Assembly: GCA_964016885.1 (NCBI GenBank)
Contig: OZ024753.1
Span: forward strand, 42,036,001 to 42,100,000
Source: Eledone cirrhosa
Lineage: Eukaryota
DNA: 64,000 bases
Direction: 5' to 3'
The notes beneath the pieces were generated by a model. The model was not told the origin of the DNA. It saw only the letters and a list, made by a program, of their open reading frames with translations, and searched no databases. This document shows, piece after piece, positions 43,001 to 56,042 of this stretch; position 1 is the first letter of the stretch; every line of letters begins with the position of its first letter. A program made the translations under genes and the position numbers.

Positions 43001-44460
43001 TCGCAGTGTTGTGGTCAGTCCAGTTATTGGCCACTGGTCTCTCTCTCTCCTCCATCAAGCACAGAAGGGTCACTGTGTTGTGGTCAGTCCAGTTATTGGC
43101 CACTGGTCTCTCTCTCTCCTCCATCAATCACAGAAGGGTCGCAGTGTTGTGGTCAGTCCAGTTATTGGCCACTGGTCTCTCTCTGCCCTCCATCAATCAC
43201 AGAAGGGTCGCAGTGTTGTGGTCAGTCCAGTTATTGGCCACTGGTCTCTCTCTCTCCTCCATCAATCACAGAAGGGTCGCAGTGTTGTGGTCAGTCCAGT
43301 TATTGGCCACTGGTCTCTCTCTCTCCTCCATCAATCACAGAAGGGTCACTGTGTTGTGGTCAGTCCAGTTATTGGCCACTGGTCTCTCTCTCTCCTCCAT
43401 CAATCACAGAAGGGTCGCAGTGTTGTGGTCAGTCCAGTTATTGGCCACTGGTCTCTCTCTCTCCTCCATCAATCACAGAAGGGTCACTGTGTTGTGGTCA
43501 GTCCAGTTATTGGCCACTGGTCTCTCTCTCTCCTCCATCAATCACAGAAGGGTCGCAGTGTTGTGGTCAGTCCAGTTATTGGCCACTGGTCTCTCTCTCT
43601 CCTCCATCAATCACAGAAGGGTCGCAGTGTTGTGGTCAGTCCAGTTATTGGCCACTGGTCTCTCTCTGCCCTCCATCAATCACAGAAGGGTCGCAGTGTT
43701 GTGGTCAGTCCAGTCTTGGCCACTGGTCTCTCTCTGCCCTCCATCAATCACAGAAGGGTCGCAGTGTTGTGGTCAGTCCAGTTATTGGCCACTGGTCTCT
43801 CTCTGCCCTCCATCAATCACAGAAGGGTCGCAGTGTTGTGGTCAGTCCAGTCTTGGCCACTGGTCTCTCTCTGCCCTCCATCAATCACAGAAGGGTCGCA
43901 GTGTTGTGGTCAGTCCAGTCTTGGCCACTGGTCTCTCTCTGCCCTCCATCAAGCACAGAAGGGTCGCAGTGTTGTGGTCAGTCCAGTTATTGGCCACTGG
44001 TCTCTCTCTGCCCTCCATCAATCACAGAAGGGTCGCAGTGTTGTGGTCAGTCCAGTCTTGGCCACTGGTCTCTCTCTGCCCTCCATCAATCACAGAAGGG
44101 TCGCAGTGTTGTGGTCAGTCCAGTCTTGGCCACTGGTCTCTCTCCTCCATTAATCACAGAAGGGTCGCTGTGTTGTGGTCAGTCCAGTCTTGGCCACTGG
44201 TCTCTCTCTGCCCTCCATCAATCACAGAAGGGTCGCAGTGTTGTGGTCAGTCCAGTCTTGGCCACTGGTCTCTCTCTGCCCTCCATCAATCACAGAAGGG
44301 CCGCAGTGTTGTGGTCAGTCCAGTCTTGGCCACTGGTCTCTCTCTGCCCTCCATCAATCACAGAAGGGTCGCAGTGTTGTGGTCAGTCCAGTCTTGGCCA
44401 CTGGTCTCTCTCTGCCCTCCATCAATCACAGAAGGGCCGCAGTGTTGTGGTCAGTCCAGC
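40060..44460. repeat. 69-bp minisatellite, ~64 copies, with 68-bp variants at the 3' end
   Basis: Unit ggccactggtctctctctctcctccatcaatcacagaagggtcactgtgttgtggtcagtccagttatt. Confidence 0.97.
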
Positions 44461-44711
44461 AAGGGAAAATTGATTCTTGTTGTTGTAGACAAGTATTCTC
44501 ATAATCATTTAATGTCCATTTTCCTAACAAGTGTTGGACAGGTCTACATAGACCAAGTCAGTACTGAAGCGGGGCTACTGACCTCCTAAACAGGCCAAGG
44601 GGGTCAGCATCCTATTTACATACAGACGCCAAACTAAGAAAATCAATAAATCATTCATCGAAATTATATTTTATTTTGTTTTCCAGATCTGTGACATCTT
44701 TTAATGCCGTG

Positions 44712-44978
44712 ATGTGGCCTTTAGTCATTCATTTTGCTCGGACATACGCTGTTTATATAACATGGCCGATAGCTGCCACTGTTGGCTTCATTGGTTACAA
44801 CCTGGAGAAAAAGTTTGGTAAAAATACCAGCGCTGTTGGTAGATCTGTCACCATACAGGAAAGTAGGAATGAAAGAATTTTAAAAGAAATGACATCTAAT
44901 GACAATACAAATGTAGCAAGTTTGAAATCTAAAGTAGATTTTCCTAAGACTATACTTGGAAGAAATGACCCACACTGA
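44712..44978 (+). CDS. SMIM12: Small integral membrane protein 12 (UPF0767) homolog, 88 aa, single coding exon
   Basis: MWPLVIHFARTYAVYITWPIAATVGFIGYNLE...SRNERILKEM...VASLKSKVDFPKTILGRN closely parallels the SMIM12 family pattern I recall (MWP..RTYAPYVTFPVA.VVG..GY.LE...V.SLK.KL.F.PK..L.RN). A polypyrimidine acceptor ttttgttttccAG ends at 44686; ATG at 44712. Confidence 0.92.
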   Translation: MWPLVIHFARTYAVYITWPIAATVGFIGYNLEKKFGKNTSAVGRSVTIQESRNERILKEMTSNDNTNVASLKSKVDFPKTILGRNDPH

Positions 44979-45009
44979 TTGAACTCAACATCTAGACAAA
45001 TATATATTA

Positions 45010-45079
<70 letters not shown>

Positions 45080-45109
45080 TGATTGGAGTCAACATGTAGA
45101 TAATATATA

Positions 45110-45148
<39 letters not shown>

Positions 45149-45152
<4 letters not shown>

Positions 45153-45802
45153 TAATATCTAAACATAGGAATGACCCAGCAGATAGGCAAATCAGAGAGG
45201 CCAGTGAAATAGAAATTAGAAGACCAAAGCTAAACAGAAAGAATGAGTGGAACAACAACAACACCCAAACAAACAACACTGACCTAAGAGAAGTATAAAC
45301 AAATAAGTAAATTAAATTAAATAAAATAAGATAAATAAATACATACACAAGCACATAAACACACACTAGTCACCCAGCAGACACAACACTATACACACTA
45401 GTCACACATCACACACGCAAACGCATGCGCAAAGAAGACAAAATAAAATAAGATAAACAAACAAGCAAATAAATAAATAAATATATAGACGGACTGAACA
45501 AAAAAAAAATGGCGTAGACATACAACACAACAGGAGGAACAATGAATATAACACCACTGACGATGTTGCAGATGTGCAACGAAAGATTTATGTAAACTAT
45601 ATATATATGTGTTTGTCTATATTGTATCTGTATTATTTTATTTTTGACCGCCGGTCAGTCAATGGCAACATTGAGGACCGAGTAAGTTAGATCGCAGATA
45701 TATATATATAAAAGACAGCGAGAAGCGAAAACCAACCAAACAGTGAGTGTGTTCTGTTATTAATTCTGGCAATATTACGCAAATATGACCCTCCCCAAAT
45801 AT

Positions 45803-45806
<4 letters not shown>
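45149..45806 (+). mobile_element. 5'-truncated Penelope-like retroelement (GIY-YIG C-terminus, 3' region with HHR) in (TA)n
   Basis: 45149-45298 reads RIISKHRNDPADRQIREASEIEIRRPKLNRKNEW...*, matching the R.I.EA..I....P.LN..EW end of PLE GIY-YIG domains. HHR core at 45557; flanking 40-bp duplication at 45077-45116 and 45834-45873. Confidence 0.7.
45552..45593 (+). ncRNA. Hammerhead core downstream of a Penelope-like ORF remnant
   Basis: CUGACGA-u-GUUGCA gaug UGCAAC-GAA-AGAUUU-A. Stem II is a perfect 6 bp and stem III is near-palindromic, but stem I is weak. Confidence 0.55.
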
Positions 45807-45834
<28 letters not shown>

Positions 45835-46029
45835 CTTGATTGGAGTCAACATGTAGATAATATATAACACACACACATATATATATATGAAATCAACACG
45901 AAGACAATATATATATATAACAAAAGGCAAACGACACAGTGCAATGAAGAAATATATTATTAGTTTTACACACTATATATATATATATGTGTATATATAT
46001 AGTTGTATGGTTGCTAGAAAATTGCGTCC

Positions 46030-46293
46030 ATAGACAGTATGCCGGTTGAGCACTTGATGCTCGTGCAGAGTATAGTACTATAAGAATAAAGGAACAAGGA
46101 TTCAGTGTTGCATCATAACATATTACATATGTTTCACTATTGATCAGCTCGAGACAAGACCTATTATAGGTCAGAATCAGGCTCAATCTATAATAGGTCT
46201 TGCCACGAGCTGGTCGATAGTGAAACATATGTAATATGTTATTAAATATGTTATGATGCAGCACTGAATCCTTGTTCCTTTATCATTACAGTA
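46030..46293. mobile_element. Family H2 copy with inverted arms
   Basis: Arms at about 46076-46170 and 46188-46293, flanked by (TA)n. Confidence 0.6.
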
Positions 46294-46308
46294 TATATAT
46301 ATATATAT

Positions 46309-46484
46309 AAGAGTAAGTAAGACCCCGACGGCTGAGCTCAAGCCGTTTCGACGGCTAATTCTGTCGAAACGGCTTGAGCTCAGCCGTCGGGGTCTTACTT
46401 ACTCTTATTACCCACTCTACTACCCTAAGTATTGAGTACTTTGGTGTGTTATGGTCCACCTGGTTCCTTACCACTTTTCCCTCG

Positions 46485-46486
<2 letters not shown>
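46309..46486 (+). mobile_element. Family H1 copy with a near-perfect hairpin
   Basis: aagagtaagtaagaccccgacgg...ccgtcggggtcttacttactctt followed by the shared tail; flanked by (TA)n. Confidence 0.75.
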
Positions 46487-46536
<50 letters not shown>

Positions 46537-46772
46537 TTCCCTCCATGAAAACCAAGCAACAAAATTATTATGACACTATTTCTATAATTTCTATATAAAA
46601 TTCAATAATGAAATTCTTAAAATTTATGTTGTTGTTATTGATGTTGTTATTGTGTGATTTCGATCTTATTGTTTACAATTTGCTAAAAAAATTCAATTGC
46701 AGCAAACACATAGGAGTAATTTAATATGAATTATATATATATATATATGTGTGTGTGTGCATATATATATGT

Positions 46773-46822
<50 letters not shown>

Positions 46823-47494
46823 TAAAATAACAGATTAAAGTTTAAGCAAAGAATCGCTTATATTTATCCTTATCGAGCCCTCTTTGGATTTTAGTCTTGA
46901 AATTTATTATTATTACTATATATATATATATATATATGGTTTTATGTCACAATGCCTTTTTATTTTAAAGTGTTTATATTCATATAAAAGTCTTCCATTA
47001 TAAATCTGAGAACTATTATGTTCTAAACACCTACTGAATTATATTACAAAATCTCTTAAAATATTTTTATTTTCAAAATGCATTGGAACATTCTAGGCAG
47101 TCTTTCACACTTAATATGGTAACAGAAGGGATAAGAAAGTCAAACTAACACAATTTCAAGTTTTCCCAATACTGGCTTATGATTTAGACACAAGGCCAAC
47201 AATTTTGTAAGAGAAGAAAGTCAATTAAAATTACCCCAGTGCATTACTGGTACTTTATCTTATTGACCCTGTAAGGATGAAAGGCAAAGCTAACCTCAGC
47301 GGGATTTGAACTCAGAACATAAAGGGATGTAACTATGCCATAAAGCATGTTGAAAATGTGAGTTTTTGAGTTTAAATTAACCCAGAATATGAATATAAAG
47401 TTTGGGCTATACCTGTTTGTTAAAGGTGAGACCCTGTCATCATCACCATTTTACGCCCGCTTTTCCCTGCTTGCAAGGGTGGGACGGGTCCTAT

Positions 47495-47806
47495 TCAGCA
47501 CTGCATCTCTCCACTTGTCACAGTCCTTCATCATCTCCTCCATGAGACCATACCCACAACACAAGCACAGCATCTCTCCACTTGTCACGGTCCTTCATCA
47601 TCTCCTCCATGAGACCACACCCACAACACAAGCACAGCATCTCTCCACTTGTCACAGTCCTCCATGAGACCACACCCACAACACAAGCACAGCATCTCTC
47701 CACTTGTCACAGTCCTCCATGAGACCACACCCACAACACAAGCACACCATCTCTCCACTTGTCACGGTCCTTCATCATCTTCTCCATGAGACCATACCCA
47801 CAACAC
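47495..47806. repeat. Tandem repeat with ~59-73-bp units
   Basis: gcatctctccacttgtcac...ctccatgagaccacacccacaacacaagcaca. Confidence 0.85.
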
Positions 47807-47844
47807 AGGACGGGGGAGGAATGAACATGCCACCATCCTCCTAT

Positions 47845-48030
47845 TATTGGCAGTATCGGTAGAGGGTCGGACAACATGCTTTCCAGCATAGAGTTACGGC
47901 CCTTTAAGATCTGAGTTCAAATCCCGCCGAGATTAACTTTGCCTTTCATCCTTACGGGGGTCGATAAAATAAAGTACCAGTAATGCACTGGGTAATTGCT
48001 GGCCTTGTGCCAAAAGTAGAAACAATTATT
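47845..48030 (+). mobile_element. SINE family A (an opposite-strand copy lies at 47175-47350)
   Basis: Matches the family A consensus. Confidence 0.78.
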
Positions 48031-51000
48031 GCAACACCTCAACACAATGAAAGGGACATAATTTATGGAATATTACATCCCCTTATCAAATGAGAAGTTT
48101 GGAATTAGGAATTATTCAATGTTGTAGGTATCAATGTTCCAAACGAAGTCCTTAAGTTTTGCAGGGGGGGGGGGGGGGTACTTATTCTCTCAGGGCGGCC
48201 CAATGGCGCTGGTGGCTGGTCAGTCTACACCTGCGGCAGTGTGAGGCAGGCACATTTGGTTGTGCCAGCTGGAGCACTAACGTTTACCGTGGAGCCAGCA
48301 TCCAGGCCCGGATTTATCAGGCACAGTGAGGGTGGGGAATGCCCTGCCTTTCTCAGAACACGGACGTTTCTCTTCTTGCTTGCGTGCGTGTTATATAAGG
48401 GGCCCACTAAACGTGAACTGCTCCGGGACCCACAAGATCTAAATCATAAACCATTATTTGTCCAAGGATTCTTTATGTTGAAGTCACATCTTTCTGCTTT
48501 TGTTTCGTCAGTTCACTCTTCAGTTTGTTGAGAACTCTAATAACTCAACCCCTTTATTTTGTTGTATTAGATGAACTTTAAACATTTTCAATGCATTTTG
48601 CTGATATTTCTTGCAGTCCGGCCGTAAAAATTACCTTTTGTATTAATTATCGACCCTTTGGTCCTGTGCTAAGTAAAATCAATATACATATCTGTTATAG
48701 TGGCTATATATATATACACACACATATCTGTTGAAGTGGCGCTATATATATATATATATATAAATGTATGTATAGTATAAAACTGATAGCATATGGTCTT
48801 CTAAATGTTTTTAATTAAACACACGGTATATTGCCAAATATACTATACATACATACATTCATTCATGTATACATCGCTATTTCATAGCACCAATCCTTGA
48901 ACACACACACACACACACACACACACCTGTTGTCGTGGCTTTAGTCTGTTTATAACTACTCTGAAGTAAAATATAGTTGTTTCGGTTTTTCCTATATTTT
49001 GTTGATAGTGAAATAAGAACTCATAAAATTGACCCAATTGTTATAAGCTACGAATTAGTTTACGTTCGACCAGCCCAGATAGCTGTCTGGTTCAACTCGG
49101 ACTTGTTTAAAAAAAAAAAAGAAATAATAACTTTATTGTATTATTATCACCTTTACGATTGACTTCCAATTTTGTTTTTAGTCTTTACGTGTGACTGACA
49201 TATCGTTGTCTCCTCGCTACCATGACATGTTTTACACAAATAAAACAGACGGAGTTTTAAACGCGTTACTTTATTTCGCTATCTTATCTTCTTCGTCTAC
49301 TTATTCTTGAGAGGGTCGAGGTGGGGGCAGAGTCCTCAAACATTCCTAGCGGGTCCTGTCAGAAGCAACGCAACCTTCTGCAGTTGATTCGGCTGGATCC
49401 CCAAGCGAGAGCAGCCGAGTTCATGGACGTTATCCAACTATCTTGCTCAGGGGGTCTTCCCCCTGGGTCTCTTGACCGATTGGTTTAGCCCGTCAAATCT
49501 TTCTGTTAAATTTGAGGAACATTCAAAGGGTCATTATTTACGAAATATTAAATCGAAACATGTTACAGTGTCTTAGGGGCGCCGTCGTGACATATGTCGT
49601 ACCTTAGGCATCTTATACCTGGCGGAGTATATCCCTCTTCCAACCGGAAGAGGGAGCGAGAAGAAGAATCGGCTGTTGGAAGGTGTGCAGGAATTTGGCC
49701 ACCACGTCCCCTGGCCAAGGCTATGTTCATCAAAGGTGAATGAATGTGAGGAAACTTCTTCAAGATTCAATTATGCCTATGACCTTGAAAGGTAAAGTTG
49801 ATCTCGGCTGGATTTAAATTGAAAGCGCTGCGAGTCGGAACGAATACTTTTACCCGACGTTCTAACGACCTCCAAGTCCTCCGCCTTATTCTAAGTACGA
49901 TATCTTACAATTCTAATTTTCAAAGCTAACATATCCCTCCCAAAGTTAATCAGTAGATTAAGTTTCGTAACTAAATCTAATCCAAATTTCACAGTTGCCT
50001 TAATCGCTTCCAGTCGATACAAACAGAAAAAACGTCTTGTTTTCTGTTTTAAATATAGAAATCCATGTTATATGGTCATGGTTTAATGAAATAGATATTT
50101 TACTATAATAAAGGTGTTCCCAGGCTGGGCTTCCTTAAGCCAGTATTCGGAATCTGAACTATATTCAATATTTATAGTGTTCTGTTTAAAACAATACACA
50201 CACAGTATGAGTTTTTCTTTAAATATAAATATTTCTCTTATTACTGTCATATAAAAAGATGTGAGTTTGGGGTTCGTGGAAAATTTCATTTATAAGAGTT
50301 CCTTGGTAGTGAAAAGTTTGGGAATCACTGTTTAAATATTAATTATTTCTGAGTTATATTAACGTTCCTTAATAGAATATATTGGATTGATTGGAACCCA
50401 ATTGGTTTGGGAATCACTTTATTAGTCAATCGAAGTTTGGAACATAATAAATCTGAATTTTGTTATGAAGGATTTTCTTACAAGTCCACCCACGTAAGAA
50501 AAATTAACCGTCTAGTTGACTGAAATCAAAATATTACTGGTAGTTATCGACCAAATGAAAAGCAAAGCTTTATTGTCATGGTTTGAATTCAAAATGTAAA
50601 GAGTTTTGACAACCATATTTATACTCAGTCAAGTGTAAAACTAATATATTTCTTCATTGTACTGTGATGCTTGCTTTGTTATTTTTGTTTGCCTTTCTCA
50701 GAGAGAGTACAAGTCGCATTGTTAGCTATTTCGTATCACCTTTATTTTACATACGCTACGCACTGAATGGAGATTTCTTTTAGGATCAACACATTTTAGG
50801 TTTTCACATATATTCTCATAAAATGTACGGCTTATTACATAATTCTACCAACCATTGTTCTTATATAAAGTACACGATCAAGAACAGTTGACAATATTGC
50901 TAGAACTTGTCAGGGAGATCATGCTACGACATTAGATTGGAAGAGCAGACGATAATCTAACTGAAACAATGATGAAGTTTATAGTGAAATGCTTTTGATC

Positions 51001-51998
51001 CCAGAGAAAAAAAAAAAAAAAAAAAAAAGGTCTTAGCATTTGTTGGTAGTGTCACCTCAATGTTTAGTATGTATTAAGGTCCCGTAACTTATAAGGAAGT
51101 CATGGGAGACTCCGTATTGAGATACAGCGTTTCTAGGGCCAATTTTCAGTAATACCAATGAAATGATATTGTCCACCTCTCTCCAAAGTAAATAACTTTT
51201 ATTTCCTTTGAAATGGTTTTAAAACTTCAAGAGATTATCTTCTGTTTTTCTAGACCTAAATTAGTGTTCAACCTTTTTCCTTTTTACCCTATACCTCACT
51301 TAGATTTTTTTAAAATAACGCCCCTATCATAATTGGACAAAGTGTATAACATAGTATATACACCAGGTTCTGAAGTACATCTCATTCTGAAGTTTCAGGT
51401 CCTCACCCCATACACTAAGAAACACCGTTCTAGATGTTGCTTTACCCCTCAAAACTAGGAGAACCTTCTCCAAACTGAAACACACAGTCACCGTTTCGTT
51501 CGCGTGTGTAATTTACAGTTTACAACATTCATATCAAACGGTGGGGGAGGGGATTACTTTCCATTTTGCCTTTATGCAGCAACCTCCAAAAATTATATAA
51601 GGGGACGGACTCATAAGACCAACGTTGAATTCACCCGTCCCCTTATCGATGTATTAGAAATATTACATAATCTCACTTAAGATGCTGTCTGGTGAGGTCG
51701 TGCTGGTGATTACGTGATGACAGTATTACGTAATCATCAACGCCACAGAAATACGTATCACAGCAGATTATGAATATAATGAATTATGAATATCTACATC
51801 TGGCCTTCGCAATTATCCACACAGACACGGTTACCAAATTGTAGACTGTAAACGCATATTTCAATATATTTAACGTTTCACCTCTTCTAGGACGTAATCT
51901 AGGTTTTATATGAATATACAGCTACCCAGGTTAACAGATTATTGCTGAAATAAATGGTTTAGTGAGAGTAAACTGAACTCTAAAAGAGAAAGAGTTCG

Positions 51999-53871
51999 TT
52001 AAACAGTTCCTTTATAGAAGTACATACCATCGAAGAACCGTTTGTTGATAGGAACCTGTTTCACAGTTTTAGGTAACAGACAACTTATCGGTATTGGACA
52101 ATAGAATGTTGAGATACAAATGTTTGTTTGAACGGCAGGAACTGGTACTGGAGGAAGAACCACCACGTTTCTAGTTTTGAAAGAGAAGTGGAATATCGAT
52201 AAAAGACATGGAGCTCTATGTTGAGCCACGACTAAACCACATTCAGACATATAAATATGGGATGCGAAACTAACATCGCGTTTGCTTTGTATGGGTAATA
52301 ATGGTATCGAAGAGAGTTCTACATCGAAGTGTAAGATTTCCTGCGAATTGTTACATTGGAATGATGCTAACCAACTTATTGGTGATGTTTCGTTTTGAAT
52401 AAGGTTCTGTTCGGTTAGAAAATATAACTTTTTGTCCAAAATATAAGACGGGTTACCGAAGTTACTAAAATCTACCGATTCTCTCAAGTACAAACGGTTT
52501 TCTTTAAAATCCATGCAAAATAAAAAACCTTCGTATGGGCTTCCATGTGTATGTCCAAAAGTTAGTCTTTCTCCGTGGATTACAGCGTTGTAAACGTACA
52601 TAATTATATAGTTGGAATTTTCATCGACAGTTAAAGCTTGGAGATTACAAAGATGCCAGACTCCAGGGACACATGTCTGCATATGAAGTATCCATTGAGA
52701 CTTGGAAACTTTATATTGAAAAATATATAGAACCACTGTATTTACTATTGGTAGGCGACTGGCAAAGGCCATGTAAAGTTTACCTCTACACACAAAAAAC
52801 GTACGAGAAATATATCGCTCAAAACTAGAAAGATTATTTGGAAAGAGATTTGTAATCTGAAATATTTGAGCAGATTTTATGTGATATAAGAAAACCCTGT
52901 CAGCTCTTTGATCGAAGAAAACCAGATAGGATTTATGGATTAAACCAATTATTGTGCCTGGCAGTTTAGCTGCATTCAAATATGTCCAGCTCTTTGACAC
53001 GCTACAAAACATAGCTAAATGATCACAACCAAGTTCTTTTATTATAATTACCAAGTTATTACACATGTTGTTGTTGTTGTTGATAGTGCAACCAATATTA
53101 AGTTCTGGTTCTTTGTAGGTAGAGAGTAAGTTTGAAATAAACCACTGCCTTTTTAAAATTTCTTGACAGTCATTCAAGTGTTTTATTATCACACGGACGT
53201 TTTGTAAATTCTTATTCATGAGAAGGCGTTTTCCCGAATGTTCTAACCATTTTATAAATGTTGGTGCCAGTGTATAAATATTAGTACAACATTCGTTTTT
53301 TATGTCTTTTAGCACAATTTCCAAGAACCATTCTGGAATATCACTGACTTCAATGTTGTTACTACTCTGAGTAGCAAAGAGTTCCCTAAAGAAAACTCGG
53401 CTTACTAGCGATAAATGTCCTAAACTATAGAATTCTGCGAGAATCCATGTATATAGACAGTTCTGAGCAGTCAAACATTCGAGTAGATATTGCGAGCAGA
53501 CAAAGGTGAGAGGAAAACATAAAAAATAAGAGGCACAATTAAGAATTTCAGTTAATATATCGTCATCAAGACGTATTCTTCCAGAGTAAAAATATGTTAT
53601 AAATTTTTTTAAAGATTTTTTGGTGAATAAAACGTGTGACATGTCTAATTCGTCCATGTTGTATTTGAAGATGTTCTCAGCTAAAGGACTTCTCACGGCC
53701 AGTATGAGACGGTGACAGTTCATTGCATGTCCATCGATTTTGACAGTAACATCTTGGTTCTTAGTACGATTGATTAATTGATGCCACTTGTAACTATAAC
53801 AACGTCTCTTGTATGTAATGTTGTCATCTTCCTCCTCCTCATCGCAACTTCTGTCACACGTGCACACTTCT
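51999..53871 (-). CDS. BTB/POZ-BACK domain protein (kelch-like family) with a divergent beta-rich C-terminus; large main coding exon
   Basis: 622-aa non-repetitive ORF with BTB motifs (DVTVKIDG..MNCHRLILAVRSP; FITYFYSGRI; ILNCASYF) and the start of BACK (CSQYL..CLTAQNCLYTWILAEFYSL). Acceptor ttttctattttcAG lies just upstream, so the exon starts at 53871. Confidence 0.88.
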
Positions 53872-53929
53872 CTGAAAATAGAAAATGTATATATAATATA
53901 TTTTTTCAGAATTGAAATTTACTAATTTA

Positions 53930-54120
53930 ATTGTTTCTACTTTTGGCACAAGGCCAGCAATTATTCCAGTACATTACTGGTACTTTATTTTATCGACCCC
54001 GTAAGGATGAAAGGTAAAGTGAACCTCGGCGGGATTTGAACTCAGACTATAAAGGGGCGTAACTCTAGGCTGCAAAGTATGGCGTCCGACCCTCTACCGA
54101 TATTGCCAATCACCCGCCCT
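53930..54120 (-). mobile_element. SINE family A in the BTB gene intron
   Basis: Matches the family A consensus. Confidence 0.8.
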
Positions 54121-54944
54121 TCTTTACTAATTTAATATTGTATGTGTGGTCTTGTACCACCCGAGAGTCATAGGAGCGCCGTATTAACATACGGTGTATC
54201 TAGGGCATTTTTTAATTTGGCAGAGCCCATCCCTTCTCCAGGACAGATTGCTTCCAGAGAAGGAGAGAGAATGGAAGTGAGAAAGAGATATAGCGGAAGA
54301 ATCGACACCAGTATTAGACTAGTACTCTTTATCGACCTCGAAATGATAAAAGACAAAGTTGACCTCGGCGGGATTTGAACTCAGAGAGCTGGAACGAATA
54401 CCGCAAATCATTTAATCCTACGTTCTGCCAATTCGCCGCCTTCATAGCTACAACAGTGCTTCTTTATTCTTTGTCCCCAAACTTCCTAAATAATGCCTAG
54501 GTTTTACTAAACACCCCCAGAGATTTATTTTCAAAGGAAAAGATTACAAATGCTTTGAGGAAATTTATTGTATTGCGTAGAAAATCTATGACATCACTCT
54601 AATTCATAACAACATAAAATTGGAAGACACGATGTCAAATAAACATTTCAGAGTTTACATTCAGCCTACTACAAACCCGATTCGAATGTATTCAGTAAAA
54701 GAAAACATTAATAAACGGAACTATCCAATAATGGAAGTATTTATATTATTTAGAATCTGACAAAGCTACATCATAGAAAGTATATCTTTACAAAATTCTG
54801 TTTAAAATATATATTATTAAAAACAATATTCAAATCCTGTCGAGGTCAACTTTGCTTTTCATTCTTCCGAGAATTGAGTTTCCCCTAAATTCCTCGTTTG
54901 TGCCAATATTAGAGAGAATTTTTTTTTATTAAAGTTATGAAGAA

Positions 54945-55395
54945 AACATACACCACATAGCCCTGTCGTAAGGTCAAACATACACCATATAACCCTGCCG
55001 TAAGGTCAAACATACACCATATAGCCCTGCCGTAAGGTCAAACATACACCATATAGCCCTGCCGTAAGGTCAAACATACACCATATAGCCCTGCCGTAAG
55101 GTCAAACATACACCATATAGCCCTGCCGTAAGGTCAAAAATATACCATATAGCCCTGCCGTAAGGTCAAAAATACACCATATAGCCCTGCCGTAAGCTCA
55201 AGTATACACCAAATAGCCCGGACATTAGCTTAGATATATACCACATAATTCTGACACGAGCTCAAATATATACCACATAGTCCTGCCGTAAGCTCAAATA
55301 TATACCACATAGTCCTGCTGTAAGATCAAATATATACCATGAAGTCCTGACATTAGCTCAAATATACACCACCTAGTCCTGTCGTAAACTCAAAT
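54945..55395. repeat. 32-bp minisatellite abutting the predicted BTB exon donor
   Basis: catacaccatatagccctgccgtaaggtcaaa. Confidence 0.88.
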
Positions 55396-55406
55396 GTATT
55401 CCTTAC

Positions 55407-55420
55407 CTTGTATAAACCAT
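55407..55420 (-). CDS. Predicted first coding segment of the BTB-BACK gene (M-V-Y-T-R)
   Basis: Minus strand reads acaATGGTTTATACAAG|gtaagg: good Kozak context and a strong donor. The phase-2 split AG|A joins in frame to the 53871 exon, giving MVYTREVCTCDRS. Confidence 0.6.
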
Positions 55421-55999
55421 TGTTACTGTCACAGTTGTTTTGAAACCAAGTGGGTGAGTTAGTTCACGATGGAATTTGTCAAGCACAAACAGAACTGACT
55501 GCTTTTATTTAGAAATAAATACTACTGCAGTACGGCCATACCAATTATTTCAACGACAGATGATATATCGATAATGAAGAATTAGTTTATATTTTAATAT
55601 TAAAATAATGTTCGAATTTTGTTTAGATTCCTTGGGTGACAAGTTCGAATTACACTTTTTCTAACGAGAAATTATTGAGTTTTTTTCTTATTATTTCTGT
55701 TACATATTATAGAAAAGGGTTAGCGTAGTACACGACCGAGGGGTTAAATTGACTGACGTTGTAATCATTAGGTCCAGGGTTCAATCCCACTGCGGTAAGA
55801 TATTGAACAAGTGTTATTTACCAGGGATTTGGGTCAATCCAAGCCCTGAGAATGAAACTGGGTAGACTCAGCCGTAACTAGGGTATGGCAAGCATGGCAC
55901 ATATCCTACTTTAGTTATGGCTCTGCTGGTACACAGTATGCCACAATGAAGCACCTACGATTGCACCAAGTATTGAGTCCTTACGATAAAATTCGATTA

Positions 56000-56042
<43 letters not shown>

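Noticed and set aside
40026-44589. Three overlapping ORFs of 1375-1509 aa
   Set aside because: They are translations of a stop-free 69-bp tandem unit; the frames interconvert at 68-bp units and start at non-ATG codons.
48302-48445. hAT-like MITE starting caggcccggattta
   Set aside because: The right TIR and TSD are not identifiable.
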